From Alphaproteobacteria bacterium (lineage in GTDB: Bacteria; Pseudomonadota; Alphaproteobacteria; RF32; CAG-239), in assembly GCA_045603405.1 (NCBI GenBank), contig JAZUMA010000025.1, positions 7,074 to 71,073 on the forward strand: a stretch of 64,000 nt of DNA, given 5' to 3'. Positions 38,201 through 47,720 of the stretch are shown piece by piece. Position 1 is the stretch's first letter. Each line of letters opens with the position of its first letter. The position numbers and the translations under genes are program-made. Below the pieces are notes generated by a model, which was not told the DNA's origin, made no database searches, and saw only the letters and a program-made list of their open reading frames with translations.

Positions 38201-41200
38201 TAATAGCTTCTGCAATTGTATAGTAATTCAAATCAATTGCTCCGCCTTGACGAATACTGGTATTTCCGACAAAAGATCCGCTTAACTCATCAACAATAAT
38301 CCGTTGTTCGACCGACTCACCTCTTAAATTAACAGCCCCACCTTCATTATCAGTAAAATCAGTATCTGTTATTGAGACATGCGTTAATCTGCTACCTGAA
38401 TGAACATCTACGGCTGCACCATTTTTATCATCCACAGTATTATTACCAAAAAACACAGAATTAACTATAGATATATTTTCAGCCTGACTATAAACAGCTC
38501 CGCCCCGTTGTGCACTATTTTCCGTAAACACACTGTCAGATATTGATAAATCACTGTCTGAACGCGCATAAATAGCTCCACCATATTGAGTTGCATTATT
38601 ATCAGCCAAAACAGAATTAATAACTTCCACACTCCCGAATGTATTTATAAAGCTGCCATTAGCCGCACTAAAACCTGTTATTGCCTTATTAACATTAACA
38701 TCTTCAACATATCCGTCATTATTATAGACAACATTGGCTTGCCCGACATTAACAACACTAAGATTTTTATCTGCCGTCATTGTTATTCCGGAATAATGAA
38801 CACTTTGATCATCGGCATCCCCACCCAATATACTATATTGTCCGTTATTACCGTTTATAATCAATGTCGAACCATCACCTTCCATATTTGTCAGGTTTCT
38901 GTTATCCTGTTCATCCGCATTCAAATAATAAACACGCTGTGGAGCTGTCATATGCACCGCAGTATACAAATTTTCATATTCGAATTTTAAAACACCCTCA
39001 TTCGGATATTCTTCATCATGATTATCATACGTCACAATCCAACTTGTCTCTGGTTTAAAGCCATTAACTGTCACCTCATCTGCAGTCAACTTTACAAAAT
39101 CTTTCAGTACGTTATCTGCTACCGCAATTTTAATCGGTGCATCATCCACCGGATCATTAACAATATTTAACTTAGACAATACAATTCTATGCTCCTCAGG
39201 CGTACTTAAAACATTTCCATTGGCATCAATAACACTTATTGCACTAAGATAATCTGCTTTTTTATCAGCCATAGAAACATCAATATCAACTACCAAGTTT
39301 TCCAACAACTTGAGATTTCCTAATCCCTGCTCGACCCACTCTCCGTTATCAGATAAATCTAATACACCTCCATTACTGACAAAATTTTGGTTTGTCATAT
39401 TAAGTGTACTTCCGTTTTCAAGCTTCAATATTCCACCGGATAACTTAACATCATGTTTTTCAATCACACCGCCTTCAGCATTAATAAATGTATCATTATC
39501 AGTCCCATTAATTTCAAAAACACTACCACTATATTGAGATCCGTCAAAACTGATAACTCCTTTATTTTCTCCTTTAGAGACGGTTATTAAAGCATTTTCT
39601 CCATCATCTAATATTTGACCATAATTCTGCAGATTATGTATTGTTATCTGCCCGTCATTATTAACTAAACCTTTTTCAATATCATTATTGGTTAAAGTAT
39701 CTGTCACTTCTATAACACCCTTATTATTATACAATAAAGCATCGGGTACATCATCCTCTCCAATAATAATATTTTTCTGTCTAATACGAGCAACTTCAGA
39801 ATTTAGTGTTCTTCCACCATTTATAAATACATCATTTTCAAGAATAAATCTTCCTTCATCACCATCAATTGTACCATTATTATAACTTTCAGCTTTTCCC
39901 TTAACCCTTATGAATTTATTGTTTATCATCGTCCCATCATTTTGCAAACTACCAACCGTAACAGCCTCGCTATTAATAAATTCTCCTTCATTTTTAATGG
40001 CTGAATCAACATTTATACTTCCCTTATTAAGCAATTTTGCCTGCAATCCAACATCAAGCGAATCAACAACTTCAATCATGCTATTTTCACTAATATTTGT
40101 ATTCCCATTTGAAGCGACTATATTTTTAACAGTTATATCACTATTTACAGATATTTCACCAGTACTAGAAGAATTTGTTAAAAAAACTTCTGCCGATCCA
40201 TTAGCACCTACCGTCGCATAATATGTCTCATTTTGACCGTTAAGATAAAGAATATTATCTTCAGCGATAATATCTTCATTAAGCGTTATCTTTTTACCAT
40301 CTGCACTATCTAAATAAATACCAGCACTTCCGCCATTAATTTCACCACCTGATAATTCAATATCTTTATCATCCGACACAATAAAAACTTTTGAATTGGC
40401 ATTAATCTTATTATTGGCAATATTACCATGAAAATACACTTCCTTTTCCACATTAATTATATTCATCTCATCATTGTTGCCATTGATATCACCCATCATC
40501 ACAACCTTATCATTGCCTGAAATCAAAACGACGCCGCCTTCTTGATATAAATCGGTTCCATTACCAGCAAATACACTATCTTTTATATTCATTTCACTAT
40601 TATTATAAACAGCAGATAAACCAACATTATTAGTAATATCTGTCTCGATAATATCAAATGTACCACTATCATTATAAATTGCTGCACCATACTCACGCGC
40701 CGTATTTTCAGTCAAGAGTGAATTAGTTAAAACAAACGTACCTGCTTTATTATAAATTGCCCCACCTTGTGCTGTAGCAACCCATTTGGCTGCATTATTT
40801 CTAAAAATTGTATTACTAATTTCAGCATCTGCAACATTATAAATTGCCCCACCACTTCTAGAAACATTACTTTCAAAAACAGTACCATTCTCTACCATCA
40901 ATAAACCATTATTATAAATTGCACCACCCATATTTGCATTGGAAGCCGAGGCATTATTCTTAAATATGGTATTATCTATTAAAACTTTTGCGTTTTTGTC
41001 TATAAATAAAGCTCCGCCAGAAGATTTATTAACCGTATCCGCACTATTCGCATTAAACACAGAATCATAAACTTCCACATTACCTCCAGCAGCATAAATA
41101 GCCCCACCATCATCTTTAGCTTGATTAAAAGCAAATACAGCATCATGCACTGTCGTTATTCCTTTTGCATTATATATAACTCCACCCTGAACTGATGTAT

Positions 41201-44200
41201 TATTATAAAACACCGCATCATCGCTTACATTAAGTATTCCGTCATTATAAACAGCACCTCCGTTACCACCTACAGTTTTATTAACACCATCTATATTACG
41301 TACCTCAGATTCGCTTTCATTTGCCATCATCACGCCACCAATAACATTAACAGTGCCATTATTATTTCTAACAACGCCACCGACCGTTCCTTTGGTTTTA
41401 TTGCCACTAAACACTGAATTATTTAAATTAATCTCTCCGCCGTTATTTGTCGCAAAACCGCCTTGTGAATTATCAGCATAAAAATTTTTAACACTATTAA
41501 CTACCGTTAAAGTCCCTTCTAGAGCATCCCCTTCAGTCGCACCGGCACCATTTATTGTAAAGACTTTACCTTCACCAACTTTAGTACCACCATGTTGATC
41601 CCCGTCTATTGTCTGATGATTTGCATTAACCACCAGGATGCTTCCCCCCATGGTTCCTAAATCTTCAACTTCTGTTTCACCACCATTATTTATATAATAA
41701 ACACGTTGTGTTTCATTATCTTTATTAACAATTGATAAATTTTTTTCACTTCCAGGTAACCATCTGAGTTTACCTTGAGCACTATCATAGGCAATATAAT
41801 AACTTCTCTCATCTAAACTAGCAGTATCACTCATCGGCACAATTGTAAAGTCAGTAGCTAATTTGATATATTCATATAGATTACTTGTTACAGCTAATTG
41901 ATAAGAACCTGATTCTGTAGCATCAACCTCATTATAAATAGATTTCAATACAATCATTCCTTCACCACTAACAGATGCCGCCTCAAGTTTATCTCCTCTA
42001 TTTTCCCCAAGCTTGGCATCTAATATTAAATTCAAATCTCCATCCAATATAACATCACCTAATTTATTCACTGTATTGGAACATTGAGCTAAATTAAGCG
42101 TACCTCCTTTATCTGTCACATTAATATTCGCTACATCCAAATCTGCTACATTACTTCCATCTTTATTAACCGTTAAAGAACCACCATCAAATTCCAAATT
42201 ATGAGGATTTATAACCTGATTATATGCATCTAAATTAGATGTAACTTGTAATGTTCCACCTGTACCATCAAGATGGGTTATTGTTGCATCATCAGTAATA
42301 TTTAAAACACCATCATTACTCAAATTTATATAGATATTATCTTTAATTGTCGCATACTTCGTTGTTAATTTACCCTCAGAAATATCAATTAACTGTTCCC
42401 ATATTATAGAAGCATTATTAACCACATCACCTTTTATATACACCCCTCCATGATAAGAATCTCCAAAGTCATCACCTGTAATAGAATAATTCAAAATACC
42501 ATCACCTAGATTAAGCATTCCATAATTCATAAATTCATAACTGGCAGCCTTCAAATTATCAGCATTTATATTAATTATACCATTATTACTAAATAAAGTT
42601 GCTTTATTATTAAAATTAACAGTTCCACCAACAACAGTTGTCTCATCTTGAACTTCTCCATTAAAAGTAACAGTATGCCCGGCAGTCGCAGAAACTTCGG
42701 TAAAACCACTACCACCTATTAAATCTATTAACTTTCCATCTGCTGTTTTATTACCGGAAAAAACGACATCTTTATTATTTGCCAAAATATGCATTGGATA
42801 ACTATCACTTTTTATCGCCGGTGCATCATTATCAATAAAATCAGTATCTACAACAAATCCTTCACCAAAAACTGATAGAACAGCCATCTCACTTTTATTT
42901 TCTTTAAATAACGAATCCTTAATTTCATACCATCCAGAAAGATTTACAATATTATGCTCACTGTTGTTATTTAAAAATTTAACCCCACTAATACTACCAA
43001 TAGAAGTACTATTAATAACCGCACGAAAATTCATAAACGTCACATCTGAAATATTAAGTTCTTGGTTATCTTGCGATTCCACAACTAGTATTCCATCATG
43101 GTTACCACCATCAATCTTATATCCATTACCTTTTATTGTTAAACTCGATCCGTTCATTTGCCCCAAATCAGCACCAATTATTTCATCAGCATTCATTGAA
43201 TAAGAGCGTATACCATCAGCTACAACCGCTGTCGGCAAATCTCCAATAGCAATACTAAGTTTATTATCACCAATTCTTTGGTAAATATAATTATTCTCCC
43301 CTAAAATAGATACATCAGCTGTTAAACTATATTGTGTACCAAAATCAAGTATTGTTCCATTTTCATTAATTAAGTTAACTTCAGAAACCTGAAGTTTGCT
43401 AGAGTCATATGCCTCATTAAACGTATCAAAAGTTCCATTTTCTAAATCTGCATCAATAGCCAATAATAAAGGTTTTGAAGAAACATCTAATGTGCCGACA
43501 TCAACCGTGCTAACAACATCATTTATAAGGCTTAATGTCCCTCCATTAGCCACTAATACTGAACCGATAAGATTGCCGGAATCAATGCGTAAATAACCAT
43601 CATAAAGATTTATCGTATGCCCCGTAAGTGGCCCTTTAAGCACAATCTCGCCCCTTGTTGAGAAATTGTTGACATTTTGATTAATGTTCAACACACTGTT
43701 TCCAGAAGTACGCACTTTATCATTAAAAGTTATGGATTTTCCTTTATTGGCATTCAGATATGCTGTTCCATTAACATTAAATAGGTCAGTTCCTGTTCCG
43801 GAAAAATCAATATTTATTTTATCTGCATAAAGATAAACTGTACCGGCATTATAAATTGCCCCACCACGTGTGCTGTCATCACGCGTTGTCACATTATTTT
43901 TAAAAGACGTATCTATAACATAAACTGTACCTTGATTATAAATAGCACTACCGCTTTGTGCTTCATTCCCCTCAAAATAAGAGTCTTTAATATGACCGAT
44001 ATGAGAATTTTCAATGCGAATTGCCCCGCCTGTTCCTGTTGTTTTATTATTCTTAAAAGTAACATTAGAAACGTCAAAATCACCATAACGCGCTCTGAGT
44101 ACCGCACCGGTATCAGATGAAAATCCGCTCAATTCAGCAATATTTTGCAGTACAATATAATCCCCTGTATTAAGGTAAAAACCGGCTGCTTCGTTACTAA

Positions 44201-44420
44201 TTATTTTATGGTTCTGACCATTTATCGTAACAGCCCGATATGTTGGTAACGTATTCAATGCACTCACATTGCTAATATCTTCCTCCAGCGTAATAAAATC
44301 TCCATCTTCAGCAGTGATTATCGCCGTTTGCAATTCTTCTGCAGTAGAAACAGTTTTATCTTCCGCAATAGCTGGATATACAAAAACAATACTCAATAGG
44401 AACGCTAATAACGTATACAT
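35232..44420 (-). CDS. giant autotransporter with polymorphic-membrane-protein (Pmp) type GGA(I/V)-FxxN repeats
   Basis: About 3060 aa. Signal peptide MYTLLAFLLSIVFVYPAIA (ATG at 44420, GGAG 7 nt upstream; the track start at 44444 is an alternative). Dozens of GGAIYN / GGAVY / FxxN units. The C-terminal ~280 aa have alternating-hydrophobic beta-barrel character and end in ...GMLELKVRF (terminal aromatic). Confidence 0.9.
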   Translation of the reverse strand: MYTLLAFLLSIVFVYPAIAEDKTVSTAEELQTAIITAEDGDFITLEEDISNVSALNTLPTYRAVTINGQNHKIISNEAAGFYLNTGDYIVLQNIAELSGFSSDTGAVLRARYGDFDVSNVTFKNNKTTGTGGAIRIENSHIGHIKDSYFEGNEAQSGSAIYNQGTVYVIDTSFKNNVTTRDDSTRGGAIYNAGTVYLYADKINIDFSGTGTDLFNVNGTAYLNANKGKSITFNDKVRTSGNSVLNINQNVNNFSTRGEIVLKGPLTGHTINLYDGYLRIDSGNLIGSVLVANGGTLSLINDVVSTVDVGTLDVSSKPLLLAIDADLENGTFDTFNEAYDSSKLQVSEVNLINENGTILDFGTQYSLTADVSILGENNYIYQRIGDNKLSIAIGDLPTAVVADGIRSYSMNADEIIGADLGQMNGSSLTIKGNGYKIDGGNHDGILVVESQDNQELNISDVTFMNFRAVINSTSIGSISGVKFLNNNSEHNIVNLSGWYEIKDSLFKENKSEMAVLSVFGEGFVVDTDFIDNDAPAIKSDSYPMHILANNKDVVFSGNKTADGKLIDLIGGSGFTEVSATAGHTVTFNGEVQDETTVVGGTVNFNNKATLFSNNGIININADNLKAASYEFMNYGMLNLGDGILNYSITGDDFGDSYHGGVYIKGDVVNNASIIWEQLIDISEGKLTTKYATIKDNIYINLSNDGVLNITDDATITHLDGTGGTLQVTSNLDAYNQVINPHNLEFDGGSLTVNKDGSNVADLDVANINVTDKGGTLNLAQCSNTVNKLGDVILDGDLNLILDAKLGENRGDKLEAASVSGEGMIVLKSIYNEVDATESGSYQLAVTSNLYEYIKLATDFTIVPMSDTASLDERSYYIAYDSAQGKLRWLPGSEKNLSIVNKDNETQRVYYINNGGETEVEDLGTMGGSILVVNANHQTIDGDQHGGTKVGEGKVFTINGAGATEGDALEGTLTVVNSVKNFYADNSQGGFATNNGGEINLNNSVFSGNKTKGTVGGVVRNNNGTVNVIGGVMMANESESEVRNIDGVNKTVGGNGGAVYNDGILNVSDDAVFYNNTSVQGGVIYNAKGITTVHDAVFAFNQAKDDGGAIYAAGGNVEVYDSVFNANSADTVNKSSGGALFIDKNAKVLIDNTIFKNNASASNANMGGAIYNNGLLMVENGTVFESNVSRSGGAIYNVADAEISNTIFRNNAAKWVATAQGGAIYNKAGTFVLTNSLLTENTAREYGAAIYNDSGTFDIIETDITNNVGLSAVYNNSEMNIKDSVFAGNGTDLYQEGGVVLISGNDKVVMMGDINGNNDEMNIINVEKEVYFHGNIANNKINANSKVFIVSDDKDIELSGGEINGGSAGIYLDSADGKKITLNEDIIAEDNILYLNGQNETYYATVGANGSAEVFLTNSSSTGEISVNSDITVKNIVASNGNTNISENSMIEVVDSLDVGLQAKLLNKGSINVDSAIKNEGEFINSEAVTVGSLQNDGTMINNKFIRVKGKAESYNNGTIDGDEGRFILENDVFINGGRTLNSEVARIRQKNIIIGEDDVPDALLYNNKGVIEVTDTLTNNDIEKGLVNNDGQITIHNLQNYGQILDDGENALITVSKGENKGVISFDGSQYSGSVFEINGTDNDTFINAEGGVIEKHDVKLSGGILKLENGSTLNMTNQNFVSNGGVLDLSDNGEWVEQGLGNLKLLENLVVDIDVSMADKKADYLSAISVIDANGNVLSTPEEHRIVLSKLNIVNDPVDDAPIKIAVADNVLKDFVKLTADEVTVNGFKPETSWIVTYDNHDEEYPNEGVLKFEYENLYTAVHMTAPQRVYYLNADEQDNRNLTNMEGDGSTLIINGNNGQYSILGGDADDQSVHYSGITMTADKNLSVVNVGQANVVYNNDGYVEDVNVNKAITGFSAANGSFINTFGSVEVINSVLADNNATQYGGAIYARSDSDLSISDSVFTENSAQRGGAVYSQAENISIVNSVFFGNNTVDDKNGAAVDVHSGSRLTHVSITDTDFTDNEGGAVNLRGESVEQRIIVDELSGSFVGNTSIRQGGAIDLNYYTIAEAITADFIKNYVESDGVDLARGGAIINYEYVGNLSEKTETRGFVDNFAYHSQGSANGGAISNNYVDAEESYGVDRIKADFMDNYALGKESGFGGAIANNTDANIGYVEGNFERNYALADTGEGLGGAIYNDTGAAITVADADFIDNAATTAGGAIFNRGTANIVADEENVRFTGNKIGVNYERNEETKKVSVFNGENNDIFNDGVVNLNANNGKEITFDGAVDGHEGVMNVNKDDVTYITHVYDETENKVEEVVNIIGATIGTVNFNNAVNQGEFNVYNGTVNFNDSIIADNMNISKGEVNVAADCLEVANGVNNDGRINLGDGVLKSNIFGDEGKTVIDGEVTNDAEIKQAEVEIAENSKLTSDVNNVVADLGIANDGVFELIGTGKNTNDIGGKGELIVAGGVENEAVIAQDKISIQRNAQFSTDVEYLEKTDNIVNDGIFNVVGDRIDNNISGGGKINVNSSMELAGNINGENTVNLNEGNIRIADENTLGENVKLNIAKTGKAVKLAVETMAIRVKEVIFGKDAELSLDIKSLTDFGTITAEKITIEKGAKLHASLGQGLASVGRPSIVQLLSANNHNFNNFSDSYDEFENNMYKFEKEGNDGAYKISLIKTAKDVAKDAGAEDDIVKAAEAWVDEKPFADEKAQDIADGLAKLAQDNAKGFVKALRSIVPTAAPIVKTLTVEHDRYLSDMLMNHLYNREEEQVLQGLASGDEWRAIDASVWVKTYAGRSRLDAEGFVSGFDINRQGAVLGIDKRFDNQLLIGLGYGADTTKAKAHNRRDKVHTHSLFAYTQYKQNNWYINGLSGYSKATYEESKYAMEQRFGAKYNVDDVYTEIKTGYEYKLDNNMIMVPEAGLKYHYIDRKSYKDKARQHVSSHDMDVLTAVAGVKVSKEYELAENKLTRAAKIRPEAYIGAGYDLISDRDNAFVILANGADYRIHGNQLDRFFIETKVGAKASFTDDVDLSMHYIGQYRGNYRSHAGMLELKVRF
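37730..38585 (-). repeat. Pmp-type repeat cluster 3 (coding, approximate bounds)
   Basis: GGAIYARS, GGAVYSQA, GGAVNLRG, GGAIDLNY, GGAIINYE, GGAISNNY, GGAIANNT, GGAIYNDT, GGAIFNRG. Confidence 0.7.
40660..41270 (-). repeat. Pmp-type repeat cluster 2 (coding, approximate bounds)
   Basis: Eight consecutive units: GGAVYNDG, GGVIYNAK, GGAIYAAG, GGALFIDK, GGAIYNNG, GGAIYNVA, GGAIYNKA, GAAIYNDS, spaced about 20-25 aa with FxxN between. Confidence 0.7.
43850..44040 (-). repeat. Pmp-type repeat cluster 1 (coding, approximate bounds)
   Basis: GGAIRIENS, GSAIYNQG, GGAIYNAG, each followed by F-x-x-N about 20 residues later. Confidence 0.6.
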
Positions 44421-44648
44421 ACAACATCTCCATAGATAAGACATTTATTAATATTTTATAAACTATTTAAGAGGTTTATTAAACACAATCAAAAACATAT
44501 ATTTATACACATTAAAAAACATAACAAAAAGGGAATTTTAATTAAGAAAAAGCCCAAAAATTATTAAAATATCTTTCAAAATCAACCAAAGTTCGAAATG
44601 CTCAAATATAAACGCAAGAAAAAGCCTTTAACTGATAAAGACAAAAAA

Positions 44649-44697
44649 AGAAAACCAAAACTCCAACCGACAAATCAGCGATGAATTTTGGTTTTCT
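44649..44697 (-). terminator. long-loop hairpin plus T-run downstream of the lipoprotein gene (possible terminator)
   Basis: Perfect 12-bp stem agaaaaccaaaa / ttttggttttct with a 25-nt loop. On the minus strand it is followed by TTTTTTT. Confidence 0.35.
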
Positions 44698-44731
44698 ATA
44701 AGTAACAGTTCAAAAAGCAAAAATTTTCTTT

Positions 44732-45124
44732 TTACTTACAATTTGATGTTGCATTAGACACATAAGTATGGTCAAACTCGACTTTGAGTTCGCATAAAGG
44801 TTTACCATAACCGGCTACATCACAATAGCGAACGATTTCACCATCATCATCCGCAGCATCATAGTCAACGGCATACGTCCAAACCACGGTATCTCCACTA
44901 TGAGAAGTACGCAAAGGAACATCAAAATCATCAAAGAAATCTTGCATCTGCTGCCCTTCTCTAATATCAAAACCGGCCGCATGAAATACTCTGCCCGAAG
45001 CAGGAGTATAGCTAACCGTACGGTTATTGTTATAAACCGGTTCGTTACTCAATTCAGGATATTGATGACAAACAGAACAAGCCGTAACCAATAAACAACT
45101 CAAAGCAATAAAAAACGCACGCAT
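44732..45124 (-). CDS. lipoprotein, hypothetical
   Basis: 130 aa. Lipobox L-V-T-A-C in MRAFFIALSCLLVTACS. Starts 27 nt after the hemW stop. Confidence 0.6.
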   Translation of the reverse strand: MRAFFIALSCLLVTACSVCHQYPELSNEPVYNNNRTVSYTPASGRVFHAAGFDIREGQQMQDFFDDFDVPLRTSHSGDTVVWTYAVDYDAADDDGEIVRYCDVAGYGKPLCELKVEFDHTYVSNATSNCK

Positions 45125-45151
45125 AAAAAAACTCCTTTACTTAGATAAAAC

Positions 45152-46252
45152 TTAACTGACAAGTTCCAAAATAATTTGATTTAAAACCGAAAAACCTTGG
45201 TCCGTCAGCCAAATATTATCGTTATCATAACACAATAAATTTAATTGTGCAAGTCTTTTTATTGCCAAATTATTGACAAATTTAAACAAAGGTATACCAC
45301 ATGCCTGATAAAAGCGTTCAGCATTAATACCTTCTTTAATTCTTAGTCCCATTAAAACAAGCTCTTCTGCTCTTTCTTTAGCATTTAATTCCTCAGAAAT
45401 TTTTCCGTCAATGGTTGCCAAAATTTTTCCATTAACATGTACTCGCCCATGTGCCCCCTCACCAATACCAAGATAATCCCCACCTTGCCAATACACAAGA
45501 TTATGTACAGATTTCGCAACCTCATCAAACGCAAAGTTTGAAACTTCATAGCGTTCAAACCCTTTTTCTCTAAGATAAGAAATTGTTTTATTATAAAGCA
45601 TTACACAATCATTATCATCTAATACTTTAATATTTTTCCTTGCAAAAACCGTATTTTCTTCGATCGTCAGCTGGTACAAAGAAATATGTTTAAAACCAAA
45701 ATTTAATGCCTCATCAATTTCTTTTTGCCAATTCTCCCATGTCTGTCGCGGACGAGCATAAATAAGATCTATCGAAGATTTTTCAAAAGTATTAACTGCA
45801 ACTTCCATCGCCAGTTTTGCTTCTGTAAGTGTATGTGTACGTCCCAAAAATTTCAAATCATCCTCGTTTAATGCCTGAACACCAAGAGAAAGCCTATTAA
45901 TTCCCGCCTGATGAAACCCTATAAATTTATTATACTCAAACGTATTAGGATTAGCTTCAAGAGAAATTTCCGCATCTGCCCGCACTGTGAAATAACGCGC
46001 CACATCATCTAGAATCATCTGCACTGCATCTGGAGATAATAAAGACGGCGTACCTCCGCCAAAAAAAATAGTATGGATAGACCTATTGCCCAAAAGCTCT
46101 GCAAAATAAACAATATCTTGGTGATACCGAGCAATCAACTGTTTTTCATCAAAATTCCGTTGTAAAATTGCCCTAAAAAAATCACAATAAGGACACCTGC
46201 TCTTACAATACGGAAAATGAATATAAAGCGCTAACGGATAATCATCTGTCAT
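45152..46252 (-). CDS. hemW: radical SAM heme chaperone HemW (HemN-like, oxygen-independent coproporphyrinogen oxidase family)
   Basis: 366 aa. YIHFPYCKSRCPYCDF (CX3CX2C), FFGGGTPS, and the HemN C-terminal domain. Confidence 0.88.
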   Translation of the reverse strand: MTDDYPLALYIHFPYCKSRCPYCDFFRAILQRNFDEKQLIARYHQDIVYFAELLGNRSIHTIFFGGGTPSLLSPDAVQMILDDVARYFTVRADAEISLEANPNTFEYNKFIGFHQAGINRLSLGVQALNEDDLKFLGRTHTLTEAKLAMEVAVNTFEKSSIDLIYARPRQTWENWQKEIDEALNFGFKHISLYQLTIEENTVFARKNIKVLDDNDCVMLYNKTISYLREKGFERYEVSNFAFDEVAKSVHNLVYWQGGDYLGIGEGAHGRVHVNGKILATIDGKISEELNAKERAEELVLMGLRIKEGINAERFYQACGIPLFKFVNNLAIKRLAQLNLLCYDNDNIWLTDQGFSVLNQIILELVS

Positions 46253-46258
46253 ATAAGT

Positions 46259-46984
46259 TTATCCCAACTCAGCGCACTTGCTTTCAATCCGCCTTTCGAG
46301 TTCTGTCATAAACTCTTTTTTATTATCAAAATCAGCAACTTTCATTGGAGACATAAATTCAAAAGTTACCGTCCCAGGATATTTTAAAAATGCACCCTTT
46401 GCCCAATGCAAACCGGTATTAAGTGCTATCGGTACAATCGGCATATCTAAACTCTCAGCTAAGAAAAGCACTCCGGATTTATAGCCTTTTACCTGTCCGT
46501 GCTTACAACGTGTACCCTCCGGAAAGATAATTAATTTACGCCCTTCCGTCGTCCTCTTTTTAGCAGCTTTAAGCATACCTTTCATCGCTTTTGCTCCGGC
46601 ACTGCGATCTACCGGTATCATCCCATAAAGTGCTTGCCCCCAACCAAACAAAGGCACATAAGTCAACTCTTTTTTCAAAACAAAAATAGAGTTTGGAATA
46701 ATAGCTGTGTAAGCAAACGTTTCAAATGCCGATTCATGTTTAGAAGCAAAAATATAACCTGGCTTGATATATTCTTTCCCTTTAACAACAATTTTAATCC
46801 CACATAAAAAGAGCATCGTTTTCCAAACAATCGGATGAAAAAATTTATCCCATAATACCACACAGGCCTTGCGAGAAAAAAGACCGACCAAAATTACAAA
46901 AACATACGCCACCGCCTGTGCCGAATAAAACCACAAATTCGCAATCAACGAACGTAAAAAAATATAAATTTTATACATCATCAA
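46259..46984 (-). CDS. plsC: 1-acyl-sn-glycerol-3-phosphate acyltransferase
   Basis: 241 aa. N-terminal TM helix, acyltransferase block I ASKHESAFETF and block III IFPEGTR. Confidence 0.85.
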   Translation of the reverse strand: MMMYKIYIFLRSLIANLWFYSAQAVAYVFVILVGLFSRKACVVLWDKFFHPIVWKTMLFLCGIKIVVKGKEYIKPGYIFASKHESAFETFAYTAIIPNSIFVLKKELTYVPLFGWGQALYGMIPVDRSAGAKAMKGMLKAAKKRTTEGRKLIIFPEGTRCKHGQVKGYKSGVLFLAESLDMPIVPIALNTGLHWAKGAFLKYPGTVTFEFMSPMKVADFDNKKEFMTELERRIESKCAELG

Positions 46985-46990
46985 GTCCTT

Positions 46991-47575
46991 CTATAAATAT
47001 TGCAACCGCACTGCCAAAAACTTCATATATTCAGCCGCTAAAAACTTAAAACTTCCCCAATGCCGTCCCCAATGTTTGCGTACATGTCCGGAGCTGACTG
47101 CCACAAAACGAATATCTTTTTCCGGCATTTCATGATTAAGTTCTAATCTGCTGCGCGGTATATGATAAAAAGATGTCACCGCATAAATCGTTTTAAGTTT
47201 ATATTTATCAGCCCAAGCTGTAATTTCTTTGGCATTTTCTTCTGTAGTTGTTGCATCATACCCCAAATCGACCGGCATATCATCATAAAGATGCACATTT
47301 TCTCTTGCTGCGATTTCATCTAAGCGCACACCCTTTTGCACACCGGATATAAGTAAACGCTTCCCCTTTCCTTGTTCTAACAATTCCAATCCCTTGCTTA
47401 TCCGATGTTTACCACCTGTCAAAACGGCAATTCCGCTCTCTGAAGGAACACTAATTCCTTTCGGTTCGGCATGAATATAAGCAAAAACTGTATGTGTAAA
47501 CCAAGCAAAGCCTGCAAACCATAGCAATAAAATACCACAAAAAGTCCCGATAATTGTTTTCTTTAAATTTATCAT
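46991..47575 (-). CDS. YdcF/ElyC-like DUF218 protein
   Basis: 194 aa. N-terminal anchor. IAVLTGGKHRISKGLELLEQGKGKRLLISG and YAVTSFYHIPR match the DUF218 pattern. The ftsEX...ydcF-plsC order is typical of alphaproteobacteria (from memory). Confidence 0.75.
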   Translation of the reverse strand: MINLKKTIIGTFCGILLLWFAGFAWFTHTVFAYIHAEPKGISVPSESGIAVLTGGKHRISKGLELLEQGKGKRLLISGVQKGVRLDEIAARENVHLYDDMPVDLGYDATTTEENAKEITAWADKYKLKTIYAVTSFYHIPRSRLELNHEMPEKDIRFVAVSSGHVRKHWGRHWGSFKFLAAEYMKFLAVRLQYL

Positions 47576-47658
47576 CTACCCCTCATGTATAATGAAATTA
47601 CACTTATACTATACCCAATAAAAAAAGCCGATAATACTTTTTAACACTTCTCCACATC

Positions 47659-47706
47659 AAAAAAAGGAGACACCATGCCGCAAAACATCATGTCCCCTTT
47701 TTTTAA
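47659..47706 (-). terminator. rho-independent terminator after aqpZ
   Basis: Minus strand: GGGGACATGATG-TTTTGCGG-CATGGTGTCTCC (imperfect stem) followed by TTTTTTT. A-run on the other flank, so possibly bidirectional. Confidence 0.5.
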
Positions 47707-47720
47707 CCATCAAGCAAATA

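Noticed and set aside
35232-44444. Numerous plus-strand ORFs of 60-134 aa inside the autotransporter gene (for example 37033-37380, 38586-38990, 39910-40221)
   Set aside because: They are antisense to a repeat-rich, codon-biased gene. Their Ser/Leu/Ile/Pro-rich translations are typical complement-strand artefacts, and they lack RBS sequences.
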